Source: Bigelowiella natans CCMP2755 (lineage: Eukaryota > Protista > Cercozoa). From it: DNA of 64,000 nt. The stretch is taken from contig ADNK01001076.1 of NCBI GenBank assembly GCA_000320545.1, positions 193,139 through 257,138 on the forward strand, given 5' to 3'. The notes below the pieces were generated by a model. It searched no databases. It was not told the DNA's origin and worked only from the letters and a program-made list of their open reading frames with translations. Each line of letters starts with the position of its first letter. Within the stretch, counting starts at the first letter, position 1. Below, piece after piece: positions 1 to 18,050 of this stretch. Position numbers and translations under genes: made by a program.

Positions 1-7250
<7,250 letters not shown>

Positions 7251-8536
7251 AAAAAGATAATATTTTTCATTGTATTTAAAACCAAGAAGGGAGGAGAGAT
7301 GTAGAGGTTATTCATCATAGAAAATGGTTGCTATTTCACAGTTGTGTAGTGCTTCTGCATTGTGTGCAGCATCTAGTCATGTTGAACATTCCTACCGTTA
7401 AGGAAATTGCTACTGAGGTACAATAAGCGCTGAAGATGAATGTGCGCAATGCACAGCGCATCTTTAATGCAATGCTTGGCGAGAGGGAGAGGGGATATAG
7501 TGAGCGGTAGTGCCAATGGCGGACGAGAATTGGAATAGATGTGTTGTTTGTCGTTTGCACATCATGATGATGATGTAACTTCCTGGGTACAGTGAGATCA
7601 AAATAAATCTATGACGCAGAAGTGAAACACCATCAATTTGTCACACATGTGATTTGTGTTAATTGTGCGTCCCCTGGAGTTGTCGTCGCCTCACCATCAT
7701 GAGTGCAGTTTTGTCGCAACATGGTTTCAGCATTCAGTCGTAGGAAGTCTCGGGAAGAAGTGTGCGACAATCTATGGCCGCTATTTTCGGGAATTAATAT
7801 TTCTCGGTCCACAGTCCACCAGCCCCGGGCGGGGGAGCACGCCTAAAAAGTACTTACACGTTCCCGAACATCATTTCATTCAGTTCTCTTTCAGTGTCTA
7901 AAACAACTGAACACGGGGGGGGGGAAGGAGGGGTAAAATGCACTTTTTTGTAAGTTAAAACTCGAGTTGTGCCTTGTATGGCCGAAAACAGATATTAAAA
8001 ATGACCTCATTGTACTCTAAAGACGAAAATTGACATCGAGCCATTTGTCCATATATCGTCTTTCCCACCCCCAATCTTCTACCTACTGCCTATTAAAATC
8101 ATATGAACCCTGCCATGGTGTTTGTGGGGGGGTATGACAGCTTGTGTTCCGCTCCGGGTTCCTTTCATTCATCGCTCATTTTGATGAGATGAATAGACGA
8201 TGTGTCAATGTACACTTCTTGTCCGTTCTCCTTAGTGCATGATACTGTTATTCTCTAACGCATAATTTTATGTTATTTGTTGTAGCATGCAGGCGCGGGA
8301 GGGAACTGTTGTTCTGCTTTCTACCTCATTCAATTTCGTTGAATTGGAGAGGTATGTCAACAAAGTGAAAAGCGTCAACTTGTTGTTATGTGTATGGTTG
8401 TTTTATATATTATGTGTATATCATATGCATGGGGTGGGAATTGAACCCTCCAGTGTGCCATATCACACCATGGTGGGTGTAATCACTACTCATGTTAATA
8501 ATGGAACGTGCATGCATGCCAAAATCGATTATCACA

Positions 8537-10983
8537 TTATGTAGTTGATCCTTCATCTCGGATTTGGTGTAATCCTGTCAAATCCCATGTGTAGTCCATC
8601 ATTGTCCATCCTCTACGGGAGAACCTTGCTGCCCTGGCTTCCATGAGTTCATCTCCCAACACTGGCTTGCAAGGTCTCATTATTTTATTCCGTATGTCAT
8701 CGATTACTTGACCTTCTTCTACCATAGGATTGCGCCACGGAATTAACAACATTTCCCCCTCCATGGCACAGAAAGCATTTGCTGTGAATCTAGATTGCAT
8801 GACGTCGTTCGTTTCAATAGCATCCACTACACTACATGCCCTCTCCAAGGTTGATATGTTTTTCACTTTGTCATCGGTAGCATGTCTGTTGACAGGGAAG
8901 AGACCAGTCTTCCTCCATGCTGAACAGATTTTCTCAGGATCTGTCTTTTCAAAATCATTCCATGCCTTTGTGATACATGAATTGAAATCAGGTTGGGAAT
9001 AATGCATGGTGGGATGCTGTCGTCGCCATCGTGTGATGTGTGATCCCACAAGGCCTTTCAGGATGGAATTGGGCCCATTATCGTTGGGCGCCAGCCATCC
9101 TGAGGTGTGTGAAGGTATGTAAACAAAATACACACGGTCGCACACCATTTCCATGTAAGCATCGGGTATCATATGAGAATCATGTCCATCGATGATCAAT
9201 ATTAAAGGTCTCGTGCTTGTGCTGTTCGCTATTCTTTTGACCACACCGATGAACCCTTGTTTCGTCATGTATCCAGCTTCATTCGTGAAGAACCAGAAAT
9301 CGGAACGAAGACCGAGCATGAGAGAAGAGTTTCCCCCTGTGGCGGCGGCTTGATGCACTATGCAGGGAGGGACTCTCAAACTACCATCAGCTGATGTGAA
9401 GAACAAACAGGTACTCCAAAATGGAGCTTTCTCTCCCGTCGTCCGTTCCTGTCGTTTCTCTTTCCCTCTTAGCTTGAACAGGAATTTTCGAGATTTGCCT
9501 CTAGGATCAAATCCTATTTCATCACCATACAGGAAATGCTTGGCTGCCATTTTATCGTCTTCCGGAATGCTTCCAGCACCTCGAAGGTCGTTTACGAACG
9601 ACTCATATTTGTCAAAGAAAGCATTTCTGACCGCAGGCGTTGCTTTCCTGGCTCGCTTCAAGTCGATTTTGGATCCTCGTGCAGTAGTGAGTTGCAGGTG
9701 TTCACAATCGTGATCCTTGAATATTCTGTTAAGTCGTTTAATGCATCTCCCTATGTACGTTCTGTGCAGCGACATGAGGCTACTCGATCGGTCAGGATAT
9801 TTTTGTTGCAAGAAACTTATGGCCATGTCACGAGCGCCGGCGCTTGTCATCGGTAGCCCCATGTCGGCAAGGCCTGTCCAGATGCGGGCCAAGAGCATCA
9901 ACTCTAGGTCCGTCAGCAGCGGCGGAAGATCGCCCCTGGACTTGGGAGCTGCATCCTTTATGAGGGATCGCAGAGTGTTATCGCTGAGCTGTGAGATGCT
10001 GTGCACGGAGTCATTAGCGCCGATGTGGTTGTCCACGGCTTCCAACACCGCTTGCAACCGGCGTCTAATGGTCCGTTCAGGCAACCGCTCAAGCCCGCGA
10101 TTGCGCCTGTCATTCACTAGCTCCCGAAGTTTTGTGCCTCTAACTCGCAGCAGCAGTGCCTCTTGCATGTCGATCTCGGTCCAAGGGCGACGTAGGGGCA
10201 TCCCTGAGGTGTGTATTACATGCACATCACATTGAGTTGTCCATGTTAAAAACATCTCCATGTTCACAATAGACACAGTAACATGATGTACATTGCACAC
10301 ATGTGACATCACGTTGTCCATGATTGTGAAAAAATTTTTCTAGTGATTGGGTTAACATGATGTTACGCTGTCGTAATTTTTTTTTGCTAGTTGGTTTGGT
10401 GCACCTATGGCTCGTCGGACGGCGACGTCGGCCCGGACCCTGCCTCTTGCTACCCCCTGGAGGCTCTTCCGTGCCTTGTAAATGGAATGGCGGGAAGTTC
10501 CGTGCTTCCGGGCTGCTGCTTCGACGGGGACACCGTCACAATGGTGATTCAGCAACGCCAGACGGAGGGCTTCGTCGTCGCTGGACTTGCGGGTGAGTTT
10601 GTTTTTCATCACCTGTCACCATGCAAATCACAATTAGCAAAAAACGGCCCCCTCCAATCGCACCCGCCAGTGGCGGGTGCGATTGGAGGGGGCCGTTTTG
10701 CGTTTGGGGGTGCACACCTTGTGAATTTTCCGTTCTGAGCTCCCTTCCCAGTCCACGTAGGGTCGCCATGCGTAGACCTGGTGAGACTTCACTGTTTTGT
10801 GCTCAGACAGCACTCGATCCAAGGAACGACCGTGTTTCCACTTGGCGATGAGAGCGCAAGTCAAGTCTTCCGCTTCCTCACCAGTCTCGGGCACACGAAC
10901 AGGCGGCTTCCCAGGTGCGACGTTTTCCTTGCCAGTGCGTGCCCCACCTGACGGTGCGCACAGCGTCAAGCGTCAAGCGTCAT
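8537..10983 (-). mobile_element. pogo/Fot1-like DD35D transposase gene, probably 3 exons (about 10983/10969-10718, 10612-10405, 10203-8537); likely inactivated at 5' end
   Basis: Catalytic motifs LYGDEIGF, ILIIDGHDSH and IPSHTSGWLAPND, with 35 residues between D2 and D3. psq-like RRPWTEIDMQEAL, then CENP-B-like HTH (LLTDLELMLLARIW..LADMGLPMT). Two phase-compatible GT-AG introns link upstream HTH-like ORFs. Element termini not resolved. Confidence 0.85.
10641..10699. repeat. Perfect 29-bp inverted repeat with 1-nt spacer (59-bp hairpin) within predicted transposase intron 1
   Basis: aaaacggccccctccaatcgcacccgcca-g-tggcgggtgcgattggagggggccgtttt. Confidence 0.95.
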
Positions 10984-12412
10984 GCGAGGTGCTGGGCACC
11001 ACCAGGGGGTTCGATTCCCCCCTCGCAAAAACAACAACCACACATTGCAATGCTTGGAGCGTCTCACTGAGTGGTCACTCGCACACGACCACAACGAAAC
11101 GAGGAGGCACCTGTTCGGCGAGCAACAGCACCAATTCGTGCAACTTTTGTTGACGTCAGGCAAGCCAAAGGAGAGCGGCCGCGTTTGCGAGACTAAATGC
11201 GTTCAGATCGGCGTGAACCTGACAAAAACAACGCGAAACAACCACTTCCAGTCGTCATGCAATTCGACCCCCACGTGCTCCTCACACGAACGGCGTGCAA
11301 CGCATCGGAACAGGATCGACCACCTGTTTGACCACCAAGAGTGGGGAAGGACGATGACCGGGTGACACGTCGATGGCGTGAGGTGCATGGGGTTGCTTGG
11401 AAGGGCATCACGAGCGTGTTTGTGCAGGTGTCTGGAACGAGCAGGTGCTGACAGTGATCGATGTGAGCTCAATTGACCGTTGGTTTTCGTTTGAATTTGG
11501 TGCAAAATTCAAGCAGGAAACATTGGGCAAAAGTTTGACCCTCAATTTCATCAAGTGCGACAATCAGAAAATGACAAATTGCTGACGAAGGGAAAAAATG
11601 CGACAGATCTAGTGGGATGTGCCACCGGCAAAAACATTTCAAAAGTGGTCGGAAAATTCGGAGAATTGTTTCGGCCATGCAATGCAACAGGCCCTTGTCG
11701 CGGAAACAGTTTCGGCCATGCAAAGAACGAGATGCAACTTTTCGGCCACTGTCGGTGACACACTTCCTAGTGCTTGTCGTGGCAGCAAGATCCAGGCCTT
11801 TTCAACTTTTTCCAACGATGCTGCAAATGATTGCGGCGAGCGATTTTGAGTTGGCTGCAATTTGCGTCATGAGCCTTTTCATCAGCGCTTTTCATTTTCT
11901 TCGGCCGATTTTTTTTCACAACTTGAATTGCCAATTTCCGTCATCTTTTTCTTGGTGGTCCCCGCTCTGATGAGGTTCCAGCACATGCAAACTTGATCAA
12001 TGCTTCACTCAAATTCAAATTCAAATTCTGATGTCTTCCAACACTTTGGAAATGCAGCTCATCATTGTCATTGTTTCATTGTTCCATTGTTGACCTTGGT
12101 TGTTCGAGTGGCTTTCTCGTGGCATCGCGCTGCGCCGATGCTGGGATGCGGAAATGGGCGGGGGGATTTTCGGTTGCGAGGGCAGCTTTCCTCCCCATCC
12201 CTGAATCACACGTTGACCGTTGGGATGGACAGACGTGTCACTCCGCTAGTCTGGCCACAGGGTGACTCAGTCAACTGACAAAGCCAGAAAGGACGCTTGG
12301 ATCTGACGTGAAAGACTCTTCCCGGGTGAAGACGTTGCTCAGATTGAACAACTGACTCGAATTGATTCACCCAGAGAAGTTTTGCACCTGATGAACTTGG
12401 ACGGCAAAAAAT

Positions 12413-12925
12413 CAATGAAACAATGAAACAATGATGAAGAACCACGTTTCCAAAGTGTTGCAAGACACTTGCAGTGTGCAAAGTGCAGTGCCTTGAACTG
12501 GTTTCAGTGAGGACTGTGACTGGCAAATCAACCAGCTGGTTTGCCAAAATGGCATGACTTGGTCATTGAGAAGCAATGACACTAGCGGCAAAATTCTGAC
12601 GGCGCAAGACCTCCACTCTGACGAGCAAGTCCCTGGACAAGCCAAGCAAGTGGGGACCTTGGTGTGAGGGCACGTCGTCGTGTTGGTTCGTCCTCGACAA
12701 ACCAGTCGATGGAAAAAAAAAAACCAAAACCTCCAACTGCCGAAGCTTGGGGGAAAATTGAAGCAGTCAAGCCAACCAGGCCAGCAGTGTTCACCACAGC
12801 AGCCAACGTGTCAACTTTCAGTCCTCGTTGAAGTTTCAGCTCGAGGCACTCTGCTGGTCTGCTGGCACTGCCAGACTGCGCCATCACTGCTTTGCAAGCG
12901 TCGTGCAACACTTTGGAAACACGGT
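12413..12925. mobile_element. MITE-like element with degenerate inverted termini; further copies of the terminus at 12034-12089 and 34632-34730
   Basis: tttccaaagtgttgca.gac.cttgca...gtgcct.ga.ctg..ttca..gaggactg occurs at 12447-12516 and inverted at about 12819-12920; the same motif is at 34658-34730. Confidence 0.6.
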
Positions 12926-13644
12926 CGATCACCAAGTTTCTTTCTTTTTTTTTTCCCACGATCCTTTCACAACTCCGTCAAACCCGGTGACGACTGGGGT
13001 TTGCACAAACCGTGCTTTGCGCGCACGGCCTGGCGCGCTCAATCGTTGCAATTGGACATTGGAAGCACACTGGAGCACTGTTTGAAGTTCAAACTTGAAC
13101 TTTTTTTTCGAACCTCAGCTTCAAAACCTCACTTTTCAACGCCTGCCAGCGGGCGCAAACTGGCAAATTGCAAAGTGCTTGCCACTTCTGAAACAGCTCT
13201 GAAGCTTGTTCAGTTGCACTTGCTGTGCCACAAGTTTTGCAAGCTTGCGAGGGTGTGCGCAAACTGGCTTTGCATCACTGTGAACTTTCAGCACACGAAC
13301 GCACACACCCGCGCGTGTCCACGCGCGGGTGCGTGCTCATTGATGCCGCGCTCACTCTGGAGTGCACATCGCCCTCGTCAGCGGCGTGTGCCAATGGGGA
13401 TGTGCCGAGCACGCACTTGCTCTCAGCTGACGAGTTGAGAGACGTGCTGGCGTGGCCCTGCCGACAGGAGGTTCCCGTGCTTGCTTTGCCTTTGCACCGG
13501 GCCTGTCGAGACAGCGATCCACGATTTTGTCGTCCTGCGCTGAATCGGGCATTGGGGTGCACGCGTGCATCGCTGCTGCGTCAACAAGAGGCGGTTGAAC
13601 GTGATTCGTGAAAGTGTTGATGAAACTTGAACTGTTGTTGTGGT

Positions 13645-13712
13645 GTTTGAGTTGTGTTGTTTTTTGAGTTGTGTTTGCCTTTTGAGTTGTGTCAGTGTTT
13701 GAGTTGTGTTTG
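13645..13712. repeat. Short tandem repeat, about 18-bp period, 4 copies (tttgagttgtgt core)
   Basis: Four copies of tttgagttgtgt visible. Confidence 0.8.
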
Positions 13713-15863
13713 CATGCAAGCAGGCTCAAGTTGCGCGTGCGGCTCCGAGAAAGCTTTCACTTGCAATGCAATCGTGCGTTGGTTTCACTGTGCGTCGTTC
13801 CGACGCCTTTGTCGTGCTGCGCGAACGCTGTGACGTGCAGAACGTTCCTGGACTTGTCCGAGAACGCGGCCAGCCCGAGGAAGAACGAGAGAACTTTCCA
13901 ATGACACAAGAGCAGCGAGCTGCACGTTCTCAGACCGTTCCGTGCTCCAGCGCTGGCACGTGCGTCACACGTGCCGCGAGGCGTCCCAGGACGTCGTGTG
14001 TCGCGAGTCACGCACACAACGGACGTCGCTCTGCCTGTCCGACCGTGGCGTGCAAACTGAGCGCCACGTTGAGAGGTCATGCCACTCGTCACAGGTTTGA
14101 CGGAGTTGTGTTTGCGAGGAGTTCCTGCTTTGCGTTGTGGCTTGTTGAGGGTGTCGAGCTCGGTGTTCCAGTGTTGATCTCTTTGGCTTCGGGTTCAGAT
14201 GAGACTTGGTCCCTGGAGTTGCCTGGCTTCGGCGCAGACTTGAGGACTTGTTTGCGAGCAACACACTTGTGCGTTTGCAGGTTGCGAGCTGGTGCGTTGG
14301 ACGCGACAAGGATGAGACGCCTGGCCGCTTTGAAAACCTCGTGGTCTTCTGGGATGTCTTCTGCTTCGAGGAGTTGCGTGAGGTGGACATGCACGTCGCA
14401 AGCTGCGGCGCAGGTGAGGCAATTGTTTGTCCAGCTGTCCTCGAATGTTTCTTTGACATCTCTGAGCCTTTCTTTGTCAGGAAACCAAGGGAACCGAGCG
14501 TGGGAGGCTTCGGAAGATCCGTGTGGAGCTGGAGTTTTTCACGCACTGCCTTGTGCGTGCTGGGCTTCAACGGCAAAAAGTCCGTGGCAGAGGCAATGCG
14601 AAGTCCTGCAAACTTGTCCAGACCAGCTGTTTCTTCTTGCTCCAAAGTTTCTGTTTGACGTGGGAGGTCCAAAAGGGAGTTGTTCTTTTCTTCTGCTGCC
14701 CCGGCTAGCCGGCTGCTGCATGCTGCCACTGGGCCAGGGAGTCGTTGTCCTGTTGGGACATCCAGTGATGGCGCCCAGGGCTGAAACGACCGGGGCGTTG
14801 GAAATCTGATCGTTTTCAGGCAATTTTGCAATGCCATTAGCGCCAAAACGTGCAATGTCTGGAAATCGCATCATCATTGTGAGCTGGGATGGCACAGCAA
14901 CAACAGCGATGGAGCCGAAGATTTGCCGAGTGAGCAGCGGGCGCAGCGAGCTGCGAGCGCAAGGCAAATGGAGAGGTGTGAGGTGCAGGTGCACGCGTTG
15001 TGTGCAGACGCTGTCCAGCTAGGTGTGCACTGTCACACGATGCACACATGCACATCGTGTGTGTGCACGTTTTTGTTGTCCGCCACACCTGGACATGCCA
15101 CGCTAGCACACGCGTGCTGTCGCTGTCTAGCTGTGTGTTGTGTCTGTGTGTGCATGGCGTCGATCTGACATGCCTGCGCACGTCTAGCTGTGCTGCGCTG
15201 AGCACGATGAGATCATTGTGTTTGTTTGTTTCGGCGATCATGTGCTTCATGTTGGCAAATTTGGCATTGTTGTGGCGGCCATGGCACGTCACACCACATG
15301 CATTCATTGTGATGAGCACATCTAGACATGAACGTGACCGAATGCACATGTTCTGTTCATGCAACTTGCTTGGTCACATGTGTTGGGCGCAACCAAGCCT
15401 AACTCTAGGCTCGCTGTGGCTTCATTCGCAATTGCCTTTGCACGCAACAACGAAGTGCTCCTCTGGAATGAGAGCACAGAAATTGGCGATTGTTTGCTTT
15501 GCACAACGAAAAAGATGACTAATTACTTGTAAGGTTTTGGAACTTATCAAATTGAATAACTTTTACCAAAAACACCTTTTTGTTCTCATCACAAATATGC
15601 CATACGTTCATGATCACTTGCCTGATCATAACGGTGCATCTCCACATTGTGTTGTGTGCTACTAAGCTACATCGTTGCTATGCCGATCAATTAGGACATC
15701 TTGTAGGTAGTCGTTTCAAAAAATATTTGCTTCACGCAAAACCGCATGCATAGGGAATGTGTGCTAGTTTTGTGGGTTGTGTGAAAGTCATTATATGATA
15801 TATAGAAGACGTAATTCCAGATAACCATTGCCGCCTTGGAGTGTAATGATCGTTTGGCTTTCT

Positions 15864-17270
15864 TTAATAATCGTCCTGGTCGGATTCCTCCTCTTCGTCT
15901 TCATCGCCATCATCATCATCATCTTCAGCCTTTTTCGATTTTAATAGAGCCAAAAACAGCAGCAGCGTTGAGGAAAAATTAACATTTTCTTCTCTTCGTA
16001 GTACAGTCATCCCCGTTATACACTATCAGTGCACCACCTCTCGAATGTGCACGACACACACACACACACACACACATACACACTCACGTAGTATATATGT
16101 ACGCAGTAGCCCCTAATGCAGCACAGTGATAACTGTGATATTATCATTATTATGCATTCACTTCAACATGTCATATTACTTCCCAGTCATCGTCCAACAA
16201 CCAACAATTATTACCTCAATTTCTGGTTCTTCAAGAGCAGTTAACAATTTCTTTAGTTTGGCAAATTCCTGATTGATGAATATAGAAATGTATTATGAAT
16301 GCAACCGAGAGCAGACGATGATGTGGTAGTGTTGTGCTAGTAGGTAGCAGTATTTATAGTAGTAGTAGTAGTAGTAGTAGTAATAAGTAGTAGTAGTGAC
16401 CTCTTTCCACTTGAGATTCCTAACACCCGACCCTAGCCACAAACAAGAGAAAGTATACCAACAGAAGAAGAAGAAGAAGAGGAAGAAACAACAGAAGATG
16501 ACGATGAAAATATATCATTCAAAAAGAGGGAAAATAATGTATCATCCTGGTACTGCAACGTACTGCTTGATTGATTGATTGCGACAAGCAGCAGCTACAG
16601 CATATATTTACCCCCTGCTACTACTACTATCATTATTTTTATTAAATGTTATTAAATTATATATTAAGATGATAATTTATTATCAATACGACTAGGAAAG
16701 AAAGGAGACCATTTAGTCGTCATCGTCGTTCGTACAACCAAAAATAAAGTTGCTTCAATACGGCGGTCAACGACGATATCAGTCGGAGAATACAATCCAA
16801 AAATGAGGGAGGGAGGGAGGGAAGGAGCAACTTCCATTTCTTTCCTCATCCTTTTCTCCTTGTTCTTATTCTTCTTCTTTGTTCTATTTATTATACTCCC
16901 CCTCCCCCTATTCTTCCTCTTCTTCTTCTTCTTCTTCTTCTTCTTTCTTTTACGACCTCCATAGGGATCCGTGGGAACTGTCGTTGTCAAATGTGACTCC
17001 CAGAAAGGTAGCTACATACATACATACATACATACATACAACAAATCATTGGTTGATTTATTTTTTGGTGTGTGTGTGTGTGTGTGTTGATTCAATCCTT
17101 CGATCGATAACACCCAGTAGTACTGATCACATTACAACGCACTTTCCACCACACATACATACCACTGCCACTGCTTACACTACTCAACCAAGAAAGAAGA
17201 AGAAGAGGAAGAAACATCAAGGGGGGGTAGGGGGGGGGACTTGGGAAATCTTATGCTATTGTAGAGTACA

Positions 17271-17301
<31 letters not shown>

Positions 17302-17546
17302 CTCTCTTGTGTGTGGGGGGGACACCTGCGTCTCGAGGATGTGGCGCTTCTTTAGCCAAAAATGCGTGCTTAGAACTTCTGTGAATCCCTCCAATGGACT
17401 GCGGGTTACTCCCTAAGATGGGTGAAAGAAAGAAAGAAAGAAAACGGATGATGATGATTATATAATACATACAAATCATGATCGTACATGTGTACTCAAT
17501 GAGAAATAGCAATACGGCCCCGCAACCATCAGTCACTTACTTTCTT

Positions 17547-17602
<56 letters not shown>

Positions 17603-18018
17603 AACATGGTACTACTACTACAACAACAACAACAACTACTACTACTACTACTGTAACTCAAACAATTTAGGTTATTTTAATAAATGAGAGGATAAATGAT
17701 TAATTGATCGAATGATTCTGTGATCGGTCACATAACAACACATACAGACTTCCATACATTGAGTTTTAGATTGCCACTGGAATACGGCCTATGCCACTGC
17801 GATTGTCCTAAATAACACAGAACAACTTAGTAATAATATATGATGATGTTGGTGATGATGATGATCATCTTCATCACATGCGTGGTAATGTTGAACAATC
17901 TTTAACCTAGACGCAGTAGTAATAGTAATAGTAGTAGTAGCAGCAGTAGAAGAATAAGAAATAATAGCAGTTTGACGTTGTGGTAATAATGAGGCTGATG
18001 ACGACGATGACATAAAAA

Positions 18019-18050
<32 letters not shown>

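Larger units (their letters stand above)
10780..15518. other. TpA-depleted block of nested, degenerate repeat/TE sequence
   Basis: 14 TA dinucleotides counted in about 4.7 kb (11 CTAG, 2 CTAA, 1 TTAG); none between 12585 and 14705; overlapping Tyr-free ORFs in all frames. Confidence 0.95.

Noticed and set aside
10204-10321. First 40 codons of the 594-aa ORF as transposase N-terminus
   Set aside because: AT-rich, partly eroded sequence ending in a CAG acceptor; better explained as intron.
10980-12000. Fanzor/TnpB cargo beside the transposase
   Set aside because: No RuvC-like (DPG, DRDxNAA) or CxxC zinc-finger motifs are recognisable in any frame. A profile search on restored sequence would be needed to exclude it fully.
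10780-15518. Dense overlapping long ORFs in all six frames (e.g. 13706..14809, 12680..13438) as real genes or an operon
   Set aside because: Loss of TA removes TAA/TAG stops and Tyr codons, so long Tyr-free, Cys/His-rich ORFs arise automatically. The same applies at 34, 51 and 63 kb.
10780-15518. CpG-methylation decay or classical RIP as the cause of the TG/CA excess
   Set aside because: CpG is abundant in these blocks and TpA, the RIP product, is what is missing.
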